Assembly (NCBI GenBank): GCA_903936865.1
Contig: CAIZXK010000034.1
Coordinates: 1 to 51,403, forward strand
DNA length: 51,403 nt
Source: an uncultured Bacteroidales bacterium
GTDB taxonomy: Bacteria > Bacteroidota > Bacteroidia > Bacteroidales > JACABE01
Reading direction: 5' to 3'
Shown: piece by piece, positions 1 to 10,951 of the stretch
Position numbering within the stretch: position 1 is the stretch's first letter
Layout: each line of letters opens with the position of its first letter
Translations under genes and position numbers: made by a program
Notes under the pieces: generated by a model
What the model was told of the DNA's origin: nothing
The model's input: only the letters and a program-made list of their open reading frames with translations
Database searches by the model: none

Positions 1-266
1 ATGGATAGGCAATGACTATTTGATGCGTCTTGAAAGCTTTTGGATTGTTAAGGAAAACTTTTGTTAGGTGTAATTAGCACCTTTGCATCACCAGATTTTT
101 ACAAAAACAGAAGCAACTTTGTTTCGACCCCGCTCAACAACCATGTTTTGTAATTTAATATGCTTATTATTTACTATTATAAAGAAAAAAAATAACCCAA
201 AACCCGTTTTCAATTGTTTAATAAAATAAAAACAAGCCGTTTTGCGTTTGGTATAGGTTTTGTATG

Positions 267-274
267 TAATTTTG
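267..274 (+). promoter_or_regulatory. Candidate Bacteroidota -7 promoter box (TAATTTTG, fits TAnnTTTG) for the DUF4294 gene
   Basis: Exact TAnnTTTG match 17 nt upstream of the ATG at 291. TTTG tetramers at 241-244 and 247-250 could be the -33 element, but the spacing is imperfect. Motif match only. Confidence 0.3.
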
Positions 275-290
275 AAATAATATTTTTACA

Positions 291-884
291 ATGAAGAAAT
301 TTGGTTTCATACTATTATTCATCCTATTAACTCCAGCAATACTTTTTTCACAGGAAAAGATTGACCAAAGGAGAATTGTTGCTGCTGCCAAAATTATTGA
401 CGGCGATACAGTTCCCTATTTTATATTGTCAACTATAAATGTTACGGCTCCCATGTATTTTATCAGTGCAGCCGATAAAGCAAAATTTGACAAATTGGTT
501 AGAAATGTAAAAAAAGTATATCCCTATGCAAAACTTGCCGGAATAAAGCTACGTGAATACAACGAAATATTGGTAAAAGCCCCAAATGATGCTGAAAGAA
601 GAAAAATAATGAAAAGAGCCGAAAAGGAAATTAAGGATCAATTTGGCGATGAACTTAAACAATTGACTTTTTCGCAGGGCAAAATACTTATTAAGCTATT
701 ATACAGGGAAACAGGAAACAGTTCTTATGCATTGGTTCAGGAACTCAGAGGCAAATTTGTTGCTTTCTTTTATCAGGCGTTTGCCCGCTTGTTTGGCTAT
801 AATCTTAAAATGACCTACGATCCGTTGGGTGAAGATAAACCCATAGAAACCATTGTTAATCTTATCGAAAAAGGCTTAATATAA
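291..884 (+). CDS. DUF4294 family protein with N-terminal signal peptide
   Basis: 197 aa with a hydrophobic N-terminus (MKKFGFILLFILLTPAILFS). The central and C-terminal sequence (VKKVYPYAKLAG...LTFSQGKILIKLLYRETGNSSYALVQELRG...YDPLGEDK) matches my recollection of Bacteroidota DUF4294 proteins. ATG start checked. Confidence 0.75.
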   Translation: MKKFGFILLFILLTPAILFSQEKIDQRRIVAAAKIIDGDTVPYFILSTINVTAPMYFISAADKAKFDKLVRNVKKVYPYAKLAGIKLREYNEILVKAPNDAERRKIMKRAEKEIKDQFGDELKQLTFSQGKILIKLLYRETGNSSYALVQELRGKFVAFFYQAFARLFGYNLKMTYDPLGEDKPIETIVNLIEKGLI

Positions 885-887
885 ACG

Positions 888-1298
888 ATGACCATTCAGA
901 AAGAAATTACATTGCCACCCTTCCGAAAAGGATTTCATTTAATTACCAATGAGATTATTAAACAATTACCCGAATTGCCCGAATTTGGTTTAGTACATAT
1001 TTTCATCAAACATACTTCGGCAGGCTTAACTATTAATGAAAATGCTGACTCTTCGGTTAGAAAAGATATGGAATACATATTCAACAAATTAATACCTGAA
1101 AACGATCCGGAATATACTCATATTTTTGAAGGCAGCGACGATATGCCGGCTCATGTTAAAGCAGCTGTTTATGGGCAATCAATAAGTATTCCCATTCGTA
1201 ATTACAAATTAAATCTGGGAATCTGGCAAGGAATTTATCTGTGCGAATTCAGAAATAATGCCGGAAACAGAAAACTATGCATTACAATAATACATTAA
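888..1298 (+). CDS. yjbQ: YjbQ/UPF0047 family protein (secondary thiamine-phosphate synthase enzyme)
   Basis: 136 aa. GFHLIT...VHIFIKHTSAGLTINENADSSVRKD...HVKAAVYGQSISIPI...LGIWQGIYLCEFR is the typical YjbQ signature. It starts 4 nt after the upstream stop. Confidence 0.85.
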   Translation: MTIQKEITLPPFRKGFHLITNEIIKQLPELPEFGLVHIFIKHTSAGLTINENADSSVRKDMEYIFNKLIPENDPEYTHIFEGSDDMPAHVKAAVYGQSISIPIRNYKLNLGIWQGIYLCEFRNNAGNRKLCITIIH

Positions 1299-1308
1299 AC
1301 AACACGAT

Positions 1309-2085
1309 ATGAATTTTGGAATCTGCAACTTAAGCGTAATTGCCGTCAGAAAATTGCCTGAACATGGTTCGGAAATGGTAACCCAGTTATTATTTGGCGA
1401 GTCTTTTGATATTATTGAAACAGAAAATTCATGGGTATTCATAAATACTCATTATGAGAATTATAAGGGTTGGATACATCAGTTGCAATTTTTACCTTTA
1501 GATGGATTTGAGTTTAACGAATTCAAGGGAAAACCCATGGTTTTAACTCCAAATTCCAGTTCATCACTAACTGAAGTAACATCGAAAAAATACGTTCATT
1601 TACTTTTGGGATGCACATTGCCATTGCCTAATGGCGATAAATTCACAATTGAAAGTGTTGATTATATCTTTAATGGAGAATATTTTACACCAAGTGGAAA
1701 AAAAACAGATATTTTAAAATTTGCAGCCTGTTATCAGAATGCACCCTACTTATGGGGTGGCAGAACTCAGTTTGGGATTGATTGCTCGGGATTTACACAA
1801 ATGGCTTATAAACTTGCCGGTATATTTTTACCAAGAGATGCGTCGCAACAATCAGAAATAGGTGAAACATTAAGTTTTATTTCTGAATCAGAACCAGGCG
1901 ATCTTGTCTTTTTCGATAATGAAACCGGGAATATAACGCATGTTGGAATAATATATGATCATCAGCATATTATACATGCCTCTGGTTGTGTAAGAATCGA
2001 TATGATAGACCATAATGGAATTTATAATAAAGATTTAGGGAAATACACTCATCAGTTAAGATTGATAAAAAAGGTGGTTGCTTAA
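1309..2085 (+). CDS. NlpC/P60 (C40) family cell-wall peptidase with N-terminal SH3b-like domain
   Basis: 258 aa. The catalytic block APYLWGGRTQFGIDCSGFTQMAYKLAGIFLPRDASQQ is followed by GDLVFF...ITHVGIIYD...IIHAS (Cys-His-His triad pattern). Confidence 0.85.
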   Translation: MNFGICNLSVIAVRKLPEHGSEMVTQLLFGESFDIIETENSWVFINTHYENYKGWIHQLQFLPLDGFEFNEFKGKPMVLTPNSSSSLTEVTSKKYVHLLLGCTLPLPNGDKFTIESVDYIFNGEYFTPSGKKTDILKFAACYQNAPYLWGGRTQFGIDCSGFTQMAYKLAGIFLPRDASQQSEIGETLSFISESEPGDLVFFDNETGNITHVGIIYDHQHIIHASGCVRIDMIDHNGIYNKDLGKYTHQLRLIKKVVA

Positions 2086-2139
2086 ATAATTGAAACGGTT
2101 GCTATAAAAAATATTCAACAAAGCCAACAAACTGATATC

Positions 2140-3630
2140 CTATTTTTTGTTTTTAAGTAAAACGGTATTTGCTTTTTTAAACTCAGCTACAACAATATAA
2201 CGATTGGAATCCATGAGTTTGAATGATTCCGAAAAAACATAACAGTAATCATCATTTACTGAAATTCCGTTTCTATCAGCAGGTAATAGCCATTTTATAT
2301 CTTTAGTTTCTATATAAAAATTAATTGCAGGTTCGAATATCCAATCTATTCCCAATTTAATTTTTGCTGTATCAGTAGAATTTTTGCTATGATATTCCGT
2401 TAATTTCTGAATCATGTTTTTGGTTTCCATATCATATTTCCATTCGGAACATAAATATAAATCGGCTTTCAACACAAAACTTGCTGATGATATCAATGCC
2501 AGACTCATTGCAAGTATTGTAACCGTTTTTTTGTAATAGCTACTTATATAACTAAGTATAAAGCCAAAATGTATAATATAAAGAGGTAAAAGAAAAAGAG
2601 AAAAACGGGCAATGGGATAATCTGCTTTGAATAAGATATGTTGAAGTATTATTGCAATTGAAATAAACAAAAATAATAAATTGGAAATTATTAATCCTTT
2701 TTGATTCTTAAAAAAGTTTTCATCCTTAATTATTATCATTCTTATAATTATAACCGTTGGAGTTAACAGAATAATGGTAAATAAAATCTTGGCAACTACC
2801 CAAACATCAGCTGATAGTCCATAGCCATGAATACAATAATTTACCAGACTTTCTACCGTGTCACTATAGAAACCTATTTTGCCACCAAAATCCAGATTAC
2901 TGTTCATTATCACTCTTCTAACCGGTTCGTAAAGGATAATAATTATAATAAGTAAAGGAATAATGTGAATTTTATTTGAATTGAAAAAATGGTATTTTTC
3001 AGAAGAAATAATTTTAGAATCAACAATTGATAACACATTATAGATAAGTAGTAACGCTAAATAAAAATCAAGTAATGTAAAGTTACTAAGTATGGCGAGT
3101 AAGGCGGCGGTATGAAATAAAATAATATTTTTTGTTTTCTGATTATAGTAAGATTGAATGAAATGGTATAAACCCATCAGCATAAATCCGAATGACAAAC
3201 CATAACCTCTAGCCAATCCAAAAAAATCAACCAATGCATTGTTTGTGCATAATAATAAAAATATTGAAACAATTAATAACTTACTGTTTTTTCTGAAAAG
3301 CAAAAAACTATAAACTAAATAAACAATAAACAAAAGCAAATTGGGCAATCGTAAGGAAAATTCGGAGTTTCCGAAAAGCTTTTCAGAATACTTCATTAAC
3401 AAGCTGTTCAAAATATGATTATTTGTAAACCAGTCCTTGAAAGAAATAATATCCATAAAACTTGTACTTATATAATGTAAATACGAAAAACTTTCATCAT
3501 GTGTAAAAGACGAAATGGATGCCTTAATAACTATATATGAAAAAACACTAACACCCAATAATAAAGTTATTGCATGAATTTTTAGGAAATTAAGTAAAGA
3601 AAAAAATAAGCTTTTATAATCGTTTTTCAT
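2140..3630 (-). CDS. Polytopic membrane glycosyltransferase, GT-C fold (GT39/GT83, PMT/ArnT-like)
   Basis: 496 aa with many hydrophobic helices. An acidic FTHDESFSY motif follows the first helix, as in GT-C enzymes, and there is a soluble C-terminal domain. The substrate is not inferable. Confidence 0.6.
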   Translation of the reverse strand: MKNDYKSLFFSLLNFLKIHAITLLLGVSVFSYIVIKASISSFTHDESFSYLHYISTSFMDIISFKDWFTNNHILNSLLMKYSEKLFGNSEFSLRLPNLLLFIVYLVYSFLLFRKNSKLLIVSIFLLLCTNNALVDFFGLARGYGLSFGFMLMGLYHFIQSYYNQKTKNIILFHTAALLAILSNFTLLDFYLALLLIYNVLSIVDSKIISSEKYHFFNSNKIHIIPLLIIIIILYEPVRRVIMNSNLDFGGKIGFYSDTVESLVNYCIHGYGLSADVWVVAKILFTIILLTPTVIIIRMIIIKDENFFKNQKGLIISNLLFLFISIAIILQHILFKADYPIARFSLFLLPLYIIHFGFILSYISSYYKKTVTILAMSLALISSASFVLKADLYLCSEWKYDMETKNMIQKLTEYHSKNSTDTAKIKLGIDWIFEPAINFYIETKDIKWLLPADRNGISVNDDYCYVFSESFKLMDSNRYIVVAEFKKANTVLLKNKK

Positions 3631-3987
3631 ATTATTTGATTTATCTTGATATTGCTGAGCAATATTTCCAGGAATTTGTAGATAATAAAATTAAAAAAGC
3701 AAAATTACATATAAATTTTTATTTTGCAAAAGCAAGCTTATTTTCAAAAAATGGGCAAACTATATATGGCAGAATTTTAATGATTTACAATCTGAAAGCA
3801 ATTATAAAAACTAAAAAAAGAAATGTAAATAAATTAGAATTTACGAATTCAATATTGTTTTTTTGAACTGTCAATTTATATGAAAAATTCATTTTCGACA
3901 CCTAAAAAATAACTATTATAAAAGGAAATAATTATCAGTTAAAGTCTTGAACATTTGATTCATATTACATTAATTTTAGTAGATAGA

Positions 3988-5097
3988 TCAAGGCATTAAC
4001 TCAGCTAGCTTTTTCAAAAGTTCATCGCCTCTTAAATCTTTTGCAATAATTTTTCCATCTCTGCCAATAAGAACAGAATGAGGAATAGAATTAACACCAT
4101 ATAATTTACCACCTTCACATCCCCAGCCTTTTAAATCAGAAATATGATGCCATGTCAGATTATCATCTTTAACAGCTTTCAACCAGTTTTTCCTGTTCTG
4201 ATCCATAGAAACGCCCAGAATATCAAATCCTTTATCTTTATACATCTGATAAGCCTTAACAACATTCGGGTTTTCCTTTCGGCAGGGACTACACCATGAA
4301 GCCCAGAAATCAATTAAAACATATTTACCCATTAATGATGATAAAGCAAACATATTACCATTAGTGTCAGCTAATTCAATTTCTACAGCAGGTTGACCAA
4401 TGTCGACTTTTCTTAAAACAACTACTCTCTCTTTCAATTTCTTTACATAATATGAAGCTGCTATTGCATTATCAAAATTTGTAGTTATAGAATCCAATGC
4501 GGCTAAATTTATATAATAAATTAACTGTGTAATAACCATATATGGAGCAACCACCGATTTATTATATTTTATGGCATAGTTTTTAAGAAATAATAGTTGC
4601 CTGTCAAAAACATTATTTGAAATTGAATCGTACAATTCCATCGTTTTACTATCATTTTTAGCTTGAGCTTCACTATATTTTGTATTACATTCTTCCTGTA
4701 AACCAGCAAAAACTTTCATTTCACGCATAACCTTTTCATATTCATATTGGGTTCTGCTTCCAGTAATTCTAACATTTTCAACTGAATCAGCATTACCCAA
4801 AACCTGAATATCCGAATTTTCAATAAAAAAAGTTGCAGTTTTATCTTTCCCTTCAAATTCAAGGTGAGCAATATCAGGTATGTCTACTTTTCCCTTTAGC
4901 AAAAAATCACCATTTTTACTAAGAACAGAATCAATAGTATTGCTTACACCAAATTGATTATTAGCTTTTATGCGAACCCATCCGTTTTTCAATCCATTAA
5001 TCTTACCATAAATTCTAAATAAATTTCCTGTTCCATATTGGGCATTTGCAACAAATACGATAACTAAAAACAAAACAAACAACGATATTTTCTTCAT
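3988..5097 (-). CDS. TlpA/AhpC-TSA family periplasmic thiol-disulfide oxidoreductase with N-terminal DUF4369-like domain
   Basis: 369 aa with a signal peptide. The C-terminal thioredoxin fold carries the FWASWCSPCRKENP CxxC motif and SIPHSVLIGRDGKI. Confidence 0.85.
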   Translation of the reverse strand: MKKISLFVLFLVIVFVANAQYGTGNLFRIYGKINGLKNGWVRIKANNQFGVSNTIDSVLSKNGDFLLKGKVDIPDIAHLEFEGKDKTATFFIENSDIQVLGNADSVENVRITGSRTQYEYEKVMREMKVFAGLQEECNTKYSEAQAKNDSKTMELYDSISNNVFDRQLLFLKNYAIKYNKSVVAPYMVITQLIYYINLAALDSITTNFDNAIAASYYVKKLKERVVVLRKVDIGQPAVEIELADTNGNMFALSSLMGKYVLIDFWASWCSPCRKENPNVVKAYQMYKDKGFDILGVSMDQNRKNWLKAVKDDNLTWHHISDLKGWGCEGGKLYGVNSIPHSVLIGRDGKIIAKDLRGDELLKKLAELMP

Positions 5098-5162
5098 AAA
5101 TATTTTTTTGATAAAATTAAAACATAATGGAATACAACTATGAGCTTTAACACATATTTAAT

Positions 5163-5193
5163 AAAAAAGGCTGCTTATAAATAATAAACAGCC
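5163..5193 (-). terminator. Weak candidate intrinsic terminator after eno
   Basis: On the minus strand a GGCTG/CAGCC 5-bp stem (plus coordinates 5169-5173 and 5189-5193) is followed by a U6 run (plus-strand A run 5163-5168). The stem is short and the loop is 15 nt. Confidence 0.35.
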
Positions 5194-5228
5194 ATTTTAA
5201 AATAGTTTTAAATAAGCTAAAAACTTAT

Positions 5229-6620
<1,392 letters not shown>

Positions 6621-6637
6621 TTTTAAGAAAGGAAGAA

Positions 6638-7180
6638 TTAAGCTTCAGCTTTTTCGTTGCTTTCTTCAGTTGCAGTTTCCTCAATCACTTTAGCTTCTTC
6701 AATAGCCTTTGTTTTTTGAGTTTTTTCTGCTTTAGGAGCAACAGTTTCGTCAGCTTTTTTCTTGCTTCGTTTTCTACGTGTTGATTTACCTGCTTTATCG
6801 TCTTTAGCTTTCAATAAACTTTCGTTATAGTCAACTAATTCGATAATACACATATCAGCATTATCACCTAAACGTGTACCGGTTTTTAAAATCCGTGTAT
6901 ATCCACCTGGTCTTTCGGCTATTTTAACAGAAATTTCTCTAAATAATTCTGTAATAGCTTCTTTACTTTGAAGATAACTAAATACAACTCTACGTGAATT
7001 TGTAGAATCTTCTTTAGCTCTGTTTAACAATGGTTCTACATAAGTTCTTAAGGCTTTAGCTTTAGCAACAGTAGTTGTAATTCTCTTATGTAAAATTAAG
7101 GAAGTAGCCATGTTAGACAACATGTGAATTCTATGAGAATGAGTTCTTCCTAACTTATTTATTTTTTTTCCGTGTCTCAT
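6638..7180 (-). CDS. rplQ: 50S ribosomal protein L17, with Lys/Glu-rich C-terminal extension
   Basis: 180 aa. [21 protein letters not shown]...GGYTRILK is canonical L17, and it lies downstream of rpoA. Confidence 0.97.
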   Translation of the reverse strand: MRHGKKINKLGRTHSHRIHMLSNMATSLILHKRITTTVAKAKALRTYVEPLLNRAKEDSTNSRRVVFSYLQSKEAITELFREISVKIAERPGGYTRILKTGTRLGDNADMCIIELVDYNESLLKAKDDKAGKSTRRKRSKKKADETVAPKAEKTQKTKAIEEAKVIEETATEESNEKAEA

Positions 7181-7185
7181 TTCGA

Positions 7186-8178
7186 TTAATCTTTATCCAA
7201 TTTATATTTTGCCACATTCATACCAAATTCCATACTTTTACTTTTAACAAGTTGTTCCAACTCTGTTAAAGATTTTTTTCCGAAATTTCTGAATTTCAAC
7301 AAATCGTTTTTATTAAATGATACTAATTCACCTAAGGTTTCCACTTCAGCTGCTTTCAAACAATTAAGAGCTCGAACAGAAAGATCCATATCAACCAATT
7401 TGGTTTTTAATAGCTGACGAATATGTAAGGTGTTTTCGTCAAATTCTTCTGAAATTGCTTTTTCTTCGGTTTCCAGTGTGATTCTTTCATCTGAAAAAAG
7501 CATAAAGTGGTGAATTAATATTTTTGCTGCTTCTTTTAAAGCATCCTTGGGATGAATTGACCCATCGGTATTAATTTCCAGAATTAATTTTTCATAATCT
7601 GTTTTTTGTTCAACCCTAAAATTATCAATTGTAAATTTTACATTTCTGATAGGAGTATGAATTGAGTCAATTGCAATAGTACCAATGCTGTCATTTGAAT
7701 TTTTGTTTTCTTCAGCAGGAACATAACCGCGACCTTTATTGATTGCAAGTTCCATGTTGATTTTAACAGACGGCTCCATAGTACAAATCACCATTTCAGG
7801 ATTTAACACCTGAAAACCGTTAAGGAATTTATTGATATCACCGGCTTTGAAAACATCTTGCCCTGAAATGTTAACTTGAATTCTTTCGCTGTTCACATTT
7901 TCTATCTGACGTTTAAAACGAATTTGTTTTAATTTGAGGATGATTTCTGTAACATCTTCAACAACGCCTTTAATAGATGAAAATTCCTGGTCAACACCCT
8001 CAATTTTCACAGAAGTAATTGCAAATCCTTCTAAAGAAGAAAGCAAAATACGACGTAATGCATTCCCAACAGTAATACCGTAACCAGGTTCCAAAGGACG
8101 AAATTCGAATTGTCCTTGAAATTGGTCGGCTTCTATCATGATAACCTTATCAGGTTTTTGAAAAGCTAATATTGCCAT
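7186..8178 (-). CDS. rpoA: DNA-directed RNA polymerase alpha subunit
   Basis: The ORF-track frame is 7186-8235. I place the start at the ATG at 8178 ([12 protein letters not shown]...), which gives about 330 aa. The upstream 19 codons ([19 protein letters not shown]) look like leader sequence. [11 protein letters not shown] and the C-terminal [10 protein letters not shown] HhH domain are present. Confidence 0.95.
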   Translation of the reverse strand: MAILAFQKPDKVIMIEADQFQGQFEFRPLEPGYGITVGNALRRILLSSLEGFAITSVKIEGVDQEFSSIKGVVEDVTEIILKLKQIRFKRQIENVNSERIQVNISGQDVFKAGDINKFLNGFQVLNPEMVICTMEPSVKINMELAINKGRGYVPAEENKNSNDSIGTIAIDSIHTPIRNVKFTIDNFRVEQKTDYEKLILEINTDGSIHPKDALKEAAKILIHHFMLFSDERITLETEEKAISEEFDENTLHIRQLLKTKLVDMDLSVRALNCLKAAEVETLGELVSFNKNDLLKFRNFGKKSLTELEQLVKSKSMEFGMNVAKYKLDKD

Positions 8179-8270
8179 TTGGTTAAATTTTTCTGTTTTT
8201 ATTAAATAAATTGTTTTATTTTTATAACAAAACAATTTTAAAATTCTTTTTAAAGAAAAGTACTCAATTA

Positions 8271-8879
8271 TTATTTTGAATACAATTCGACGATAAGCTG
8301 TTCTTTGATATTTTCTGGTATCTCAGCTCTTTCTGGATAGTTAAGGAATTTACCTTTTAAAGAATTTAAATCCCATTCCAACCATGAATGTTGATTAACT
8401 CTGGATGCAACAGAATTAGTAATCGCCTCCAACGATTTGGATTTTTCTCTAACAGATACAATATCACCAGCTTTTAAACAATAAGAAGGAATATTAACAA
8501 CATTTCCATTAACTGTAATATGGCAATGAGAAACTAATTGTCTGGCTCCACTTCTTGATGGTGCAATACCTAATCTGTAAACAACATTATCTAATCTGGA
8601 TTCAATAAGTTGCAATAAATTTTCACCGGTAATACCTTTTTTATGTGCAGCTTTATTAAATATATTTCTAAATTGTTTTTCTAAAATACCATAAGTATAT
8701 TTAGCTTTTTGTTTTTCCTGTAATTGAAGACCATATTCAGATTGTTTTGATCTTCTTTTATTAGTTCCACCATGTTGTCCCGGAGGATAATTCCTTTTTT
8801 CAAAAGAACGATCTGGTCCAAAAATTGGATCTTTAAATTTTCTTGCTATTTTGGTTTTTGGCCCTGTATATCTTGCCAT
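8271..8879 (-). CDS. rpsD: 30S ribosomal protein S4
   Basis: 202 aa. [15 protein letters not shown]...[10 protein letters not shown]...[12 protein letters not shown]. Confidence 0.97.
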   Translation of the reverse strand: MARYTGPKTKIARKFKDPIFGPDRSFEKRNYPPGQHGGTNKRRSKQSEYGLQLQEKQKAKYTYGILEKQFRNIFNKAAHKKGITGENLLQLIESRLDNVVYRLGIAPSRSGARQLVSHCHITVNGNVVNIPSYCLKAGDIVSVREKSKSLEAITNSVASRVNQHSWLEWDLNSLKGKFLNYPERAEIPENIKEQLIVELYSK

Positions 8880-8936
8880 AATCTTTATATTATTTTATAA
8901 TGATTCTTAAATAATTCTGAAAAAACACATCAGTTG

Positions 8937-9326
8937 TTAAACTCTTCTTCTTTTCGGAGGTCTGCAACCATTATGTGGTAAAGGAGTAACATCCATAATT
9001 TCAATCACTTCTATCCCAGAAGAATGTATCGTTCTAATTGCAGATTCCCTACCTGCACCAGGACCTTTAACATAAGCCTTTACTTTTCGTAAACCTAAGT
9101 CATAAGCAACTTTCGAACAATCTGTTGCAGCCATTTGTGCTGCATAAGGAGTATTCTTTTTAGAACCCTTAAATCCCATTTTCCCAGCTGATGCCCAAGA
9201 AATAACTTGTCCGGCATTATTGGTAAGGGAAATGATGATGTTGTTAAAAGAAGCATTAATAAATGCTTTACCCATCGGTTCTATTTTAACAACTCTTTTT
9301 TTTGTAACTTTAGCAGTTTTTGCCAT
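8937..9326 (-). CDS. rpsK: 30S ribosomal protein S11
   Basis: 129 aa. [33 protein letters not shown]...[13 protein letters not shown]. Confidence 0.97.
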   Translation of the reverse strand: MAKTAKVTKKRVVKIEPMGKAFINASFNNIIISLTNNAGQVISWASAGKMGFKGSKKNTPYAAQMAATDCSKVAYDLGLRKVKAYVKGPGAGRESAIRTIHSSGIEVIEIMDVTPLPHNGCRPPKRRRV

Positions 9327-9365
9327 ATCTACTATTATTTAAACTTCTTAATTTATTACTAATGA

Positions 9366-9746
9366 TTAACCTTTAGGTGCTTTTTTCTTATTAGCAACAG
9401 TTTTCTTTCTCCCTTTTCTGGTTCTAGCATTGTTCTTGGTGCTTTGACCTCTTGAAGGTAATCCCAGACGATGTCTGATTCCACGATAACAACCAATATC
9501 CATTAAGCGTTTGATGTTTGTTTGTACCTCTGAACGAAGTGCACCCTCCACTTTTATTTGGTCATTAATAATCGTACGAATCGCATTTTGCTCATCGTCA
9601 TTCCAATCGTTAACTTTTTTGTTAACATCTATACCGGCTTCTAGTAAAATTTTCTGAGCAGTAGGTTTTCCTATACCATAAATGTATGTCAAACCAATTT
9701 CTCCTCTTTTATTTTTCGGTAAATCTATTCCTGCAATTCTTGCCAT
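9366..9746 (-). CDS. rpsM: 30S ribosomal protein S13
   Basis: 126 aa. [14 protein letters not shown]...[26 protein letters not shown]. Confidence 0.97.
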   Translation of the reverse strand: MARIAGIDLPKNKRGEIGLTYIYGIGKPTAQKILLEAGIDVNKKVNDWNDDEQNAIRTIINDQIKVEGALRSEVQTNIKRLMDIGCYRGIRHRLGLPSRGQSTKNNARTRKGRKKTVANKKKAPKG

Positions 9747-9782
9747 AAAACTTTTGTATATTTTACAGATTAATTATTTGTG

Positions 9783-9899
9783 TTACCCTTGTCTTTGTTT
9801 ATACTTAGGATTCTTTTTGTTTATCACATAAATTCTTCCTTTGCGGCGAACTATCTTGCAATCGGGTGTTCTTTTCTTAACAGATGTTCTAACTTTCAT
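9783..9899 (-). CDS. rpmJ: 50S ribosomal protein L36 (not in the ORF track; translated by hand)
   Basis: The reverse complement reads ATG...TAA and gives [38 protein letters not shown] (38 aa). This is unmistakably L36, sitting between infA and rpsM as expected. Confidence 0.93.
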   Translation of the reverse strand: MKVRTSVKKRTPDCKIVRRKGRIYVINKKNPKYKQRQG

Positions 9900-9915
9900 T
9901 ATTATATGTTTTTTT

Positions 9916-10134
9916 TTATTTATACCTGAATGTTATTCTTCCCTTTGTCAAATCATAAGGTGACATTTCAAGCTGTACCTTATCTCCCGGTAAAATTTTA
10001 ATATAATGCATTCTCATTTTACCGGAAATATGAGCAGTAATGATATGTCCATTTTCCAATTCAACACGAAACATTGCATTTCCTAGAGATTCTGTAACTG
10101 TACCATCCTGTTGAATTGATGTTTGTTTTGCCAT
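9916..10134 (-). CDS. infA: Translation initiation factor IF-1
   Basis: 72 aa. [43 protein letters not shown]...[15 protein letters not shown]. Confidence 0.97.
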   Translation of the reverse strand: MAKQTSIQQDGTVTESLGNAMFRVELENGHIITAHISGKMRMHYIKILPGDKVQLEMSPYDLTKGRITFRYK

Positions 10135-10147
10135 TTAGCTACTCTTT

Positions 10148-10930
10148 TTAATTATTAATATTATTTAAAACATTTTCTATTTCTTCAAAACTTGAAAGTA
10201 TTTCAGCTTTCCCTTTCCTCACAACAACATTATGTTCATAATGTGCTGAAGGCAGACGATCAGAAGTACGTATTGTCCAACCATCATTCTCTTGTATTAC
10301 ATTTCTTACACCCATATTAATCATGGGTTCTATTGCAATTACCAAACCTGAATTAAGTTTCATTCCGGTTCCCTGTTTACCATAATTTGGTATTTCGGGC
10401 TTTTCATGCAATTTCCTTCCTAAACCATGTCCTACAAGATCACGTACAACAGAATAACCTAAACTTTCAACATAACTTTGAATTTCAAATCCAATATCAC
10501 CTATTCTTTTCCCTTCAATAGCTGCACTTATACCTCTATAAAGCGATTCTTTTGTTGCAGCCATTAAGCGTTTTTTTTCCTCGCTTACAATACCAACTGC
10601 AAATGTATAGGCTGAATCTCCATAAAATCCATTTTTTAAAGTTCCACAATCAATTGACACAAGGTCTCCATCATGTAAAACTCTTTTTCCTGGTATTCCA
10701 TGAACGACTTCATCGTTTACTGAAATACAAAGTGTATGTTTAAACCCGTTATAACCTTTAAAACCTGGTAAAGCATTATGAGCTCTAATAAACTCCTCTG
10801 CTATTCTATCCAGATATAAAGTATCAATCCCTGGTTTTATATGTTTAGCAACTTCTGCTAAGGTTTTACCAACAAGTAAAGAACTTTCACGTAATAATTC
10901 TATTTCTTCTTCTGTCTTATAATGGATCAT
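10148..10930 (-). CDS. map: Type I methionine aminopeptidase
   Basis: 260 aa. It has metal-ligand blocks (DGDLVSIDCG, GFYGDSAYTF, VGHGLGRKLHE, VIAIEPMIN, HYEHNV) and sits after secY in place of adk. Confidence 0.95.
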   Translation of the reverse strand: MIHYKTEEEIELLRESSLLVGKTLAEVAKHIKPGIDTLYLDRIAEEFIRAHNALPGFKGYNGFKHTLCISVNDEVVHGIPGKRVLHDGDLVSIDCGTLKNGFYGDSAYTFAVGIVSEEKKRLMAATKESLYRGISAAIEGKRIGDIGFEIQSYVESLGYSVVRDLVGHGLGRKLHEKPEIPNYGKQGTGMKLNSGLVIAIEPMINMGVRNVIQENDGWTIRTSDRLPSAHYEHNVVVRKGKAEILSSFEEIENVLNNINN

Positions 10931-10951
10931 TTCAAATTGAAATTTAAATAC

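Noticed and set aside
1-67. Possible 3' end of a plus-strand gene (frame 2: WIGNDYLMRLESFWIVKENFC, then a stop), followed by a small AGGTG/CACCT hairpin
   Set aside because: Only 21 codons are visible, which is too short to distinguish from chance, and the hairpin has a 5-bp stem with no proper U-tract. I also looked for a tRNA-like T-arm near 120-145 (GTTTCGACCCC), but the flanking stems do not pair.
3636-3866. 76-aa ORF with a TTG start in the gap between the glycosyltransferase and TlpA genes
   Set aside because: It has a non-ATG start, Lys/Ile/Phe-rich composition typical of translated AT-rich spacer, and no recognisable motif. The region more likely holds the glycosyltransferase promoter on the opposite strand.
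7186-8235. Longer N-terminal versions of rpoA (to 8235) and rpsQ (16485-16784)
   Set aside because: The extensions ([19 protein letters not shown] for rpoA, a TTG-initiated [14 protein letters not shown] for rpsQ) are not part of these conserved proteins, and the rpsQ extension overlaps rpmC. Internal ATGs give canonical N-termini.
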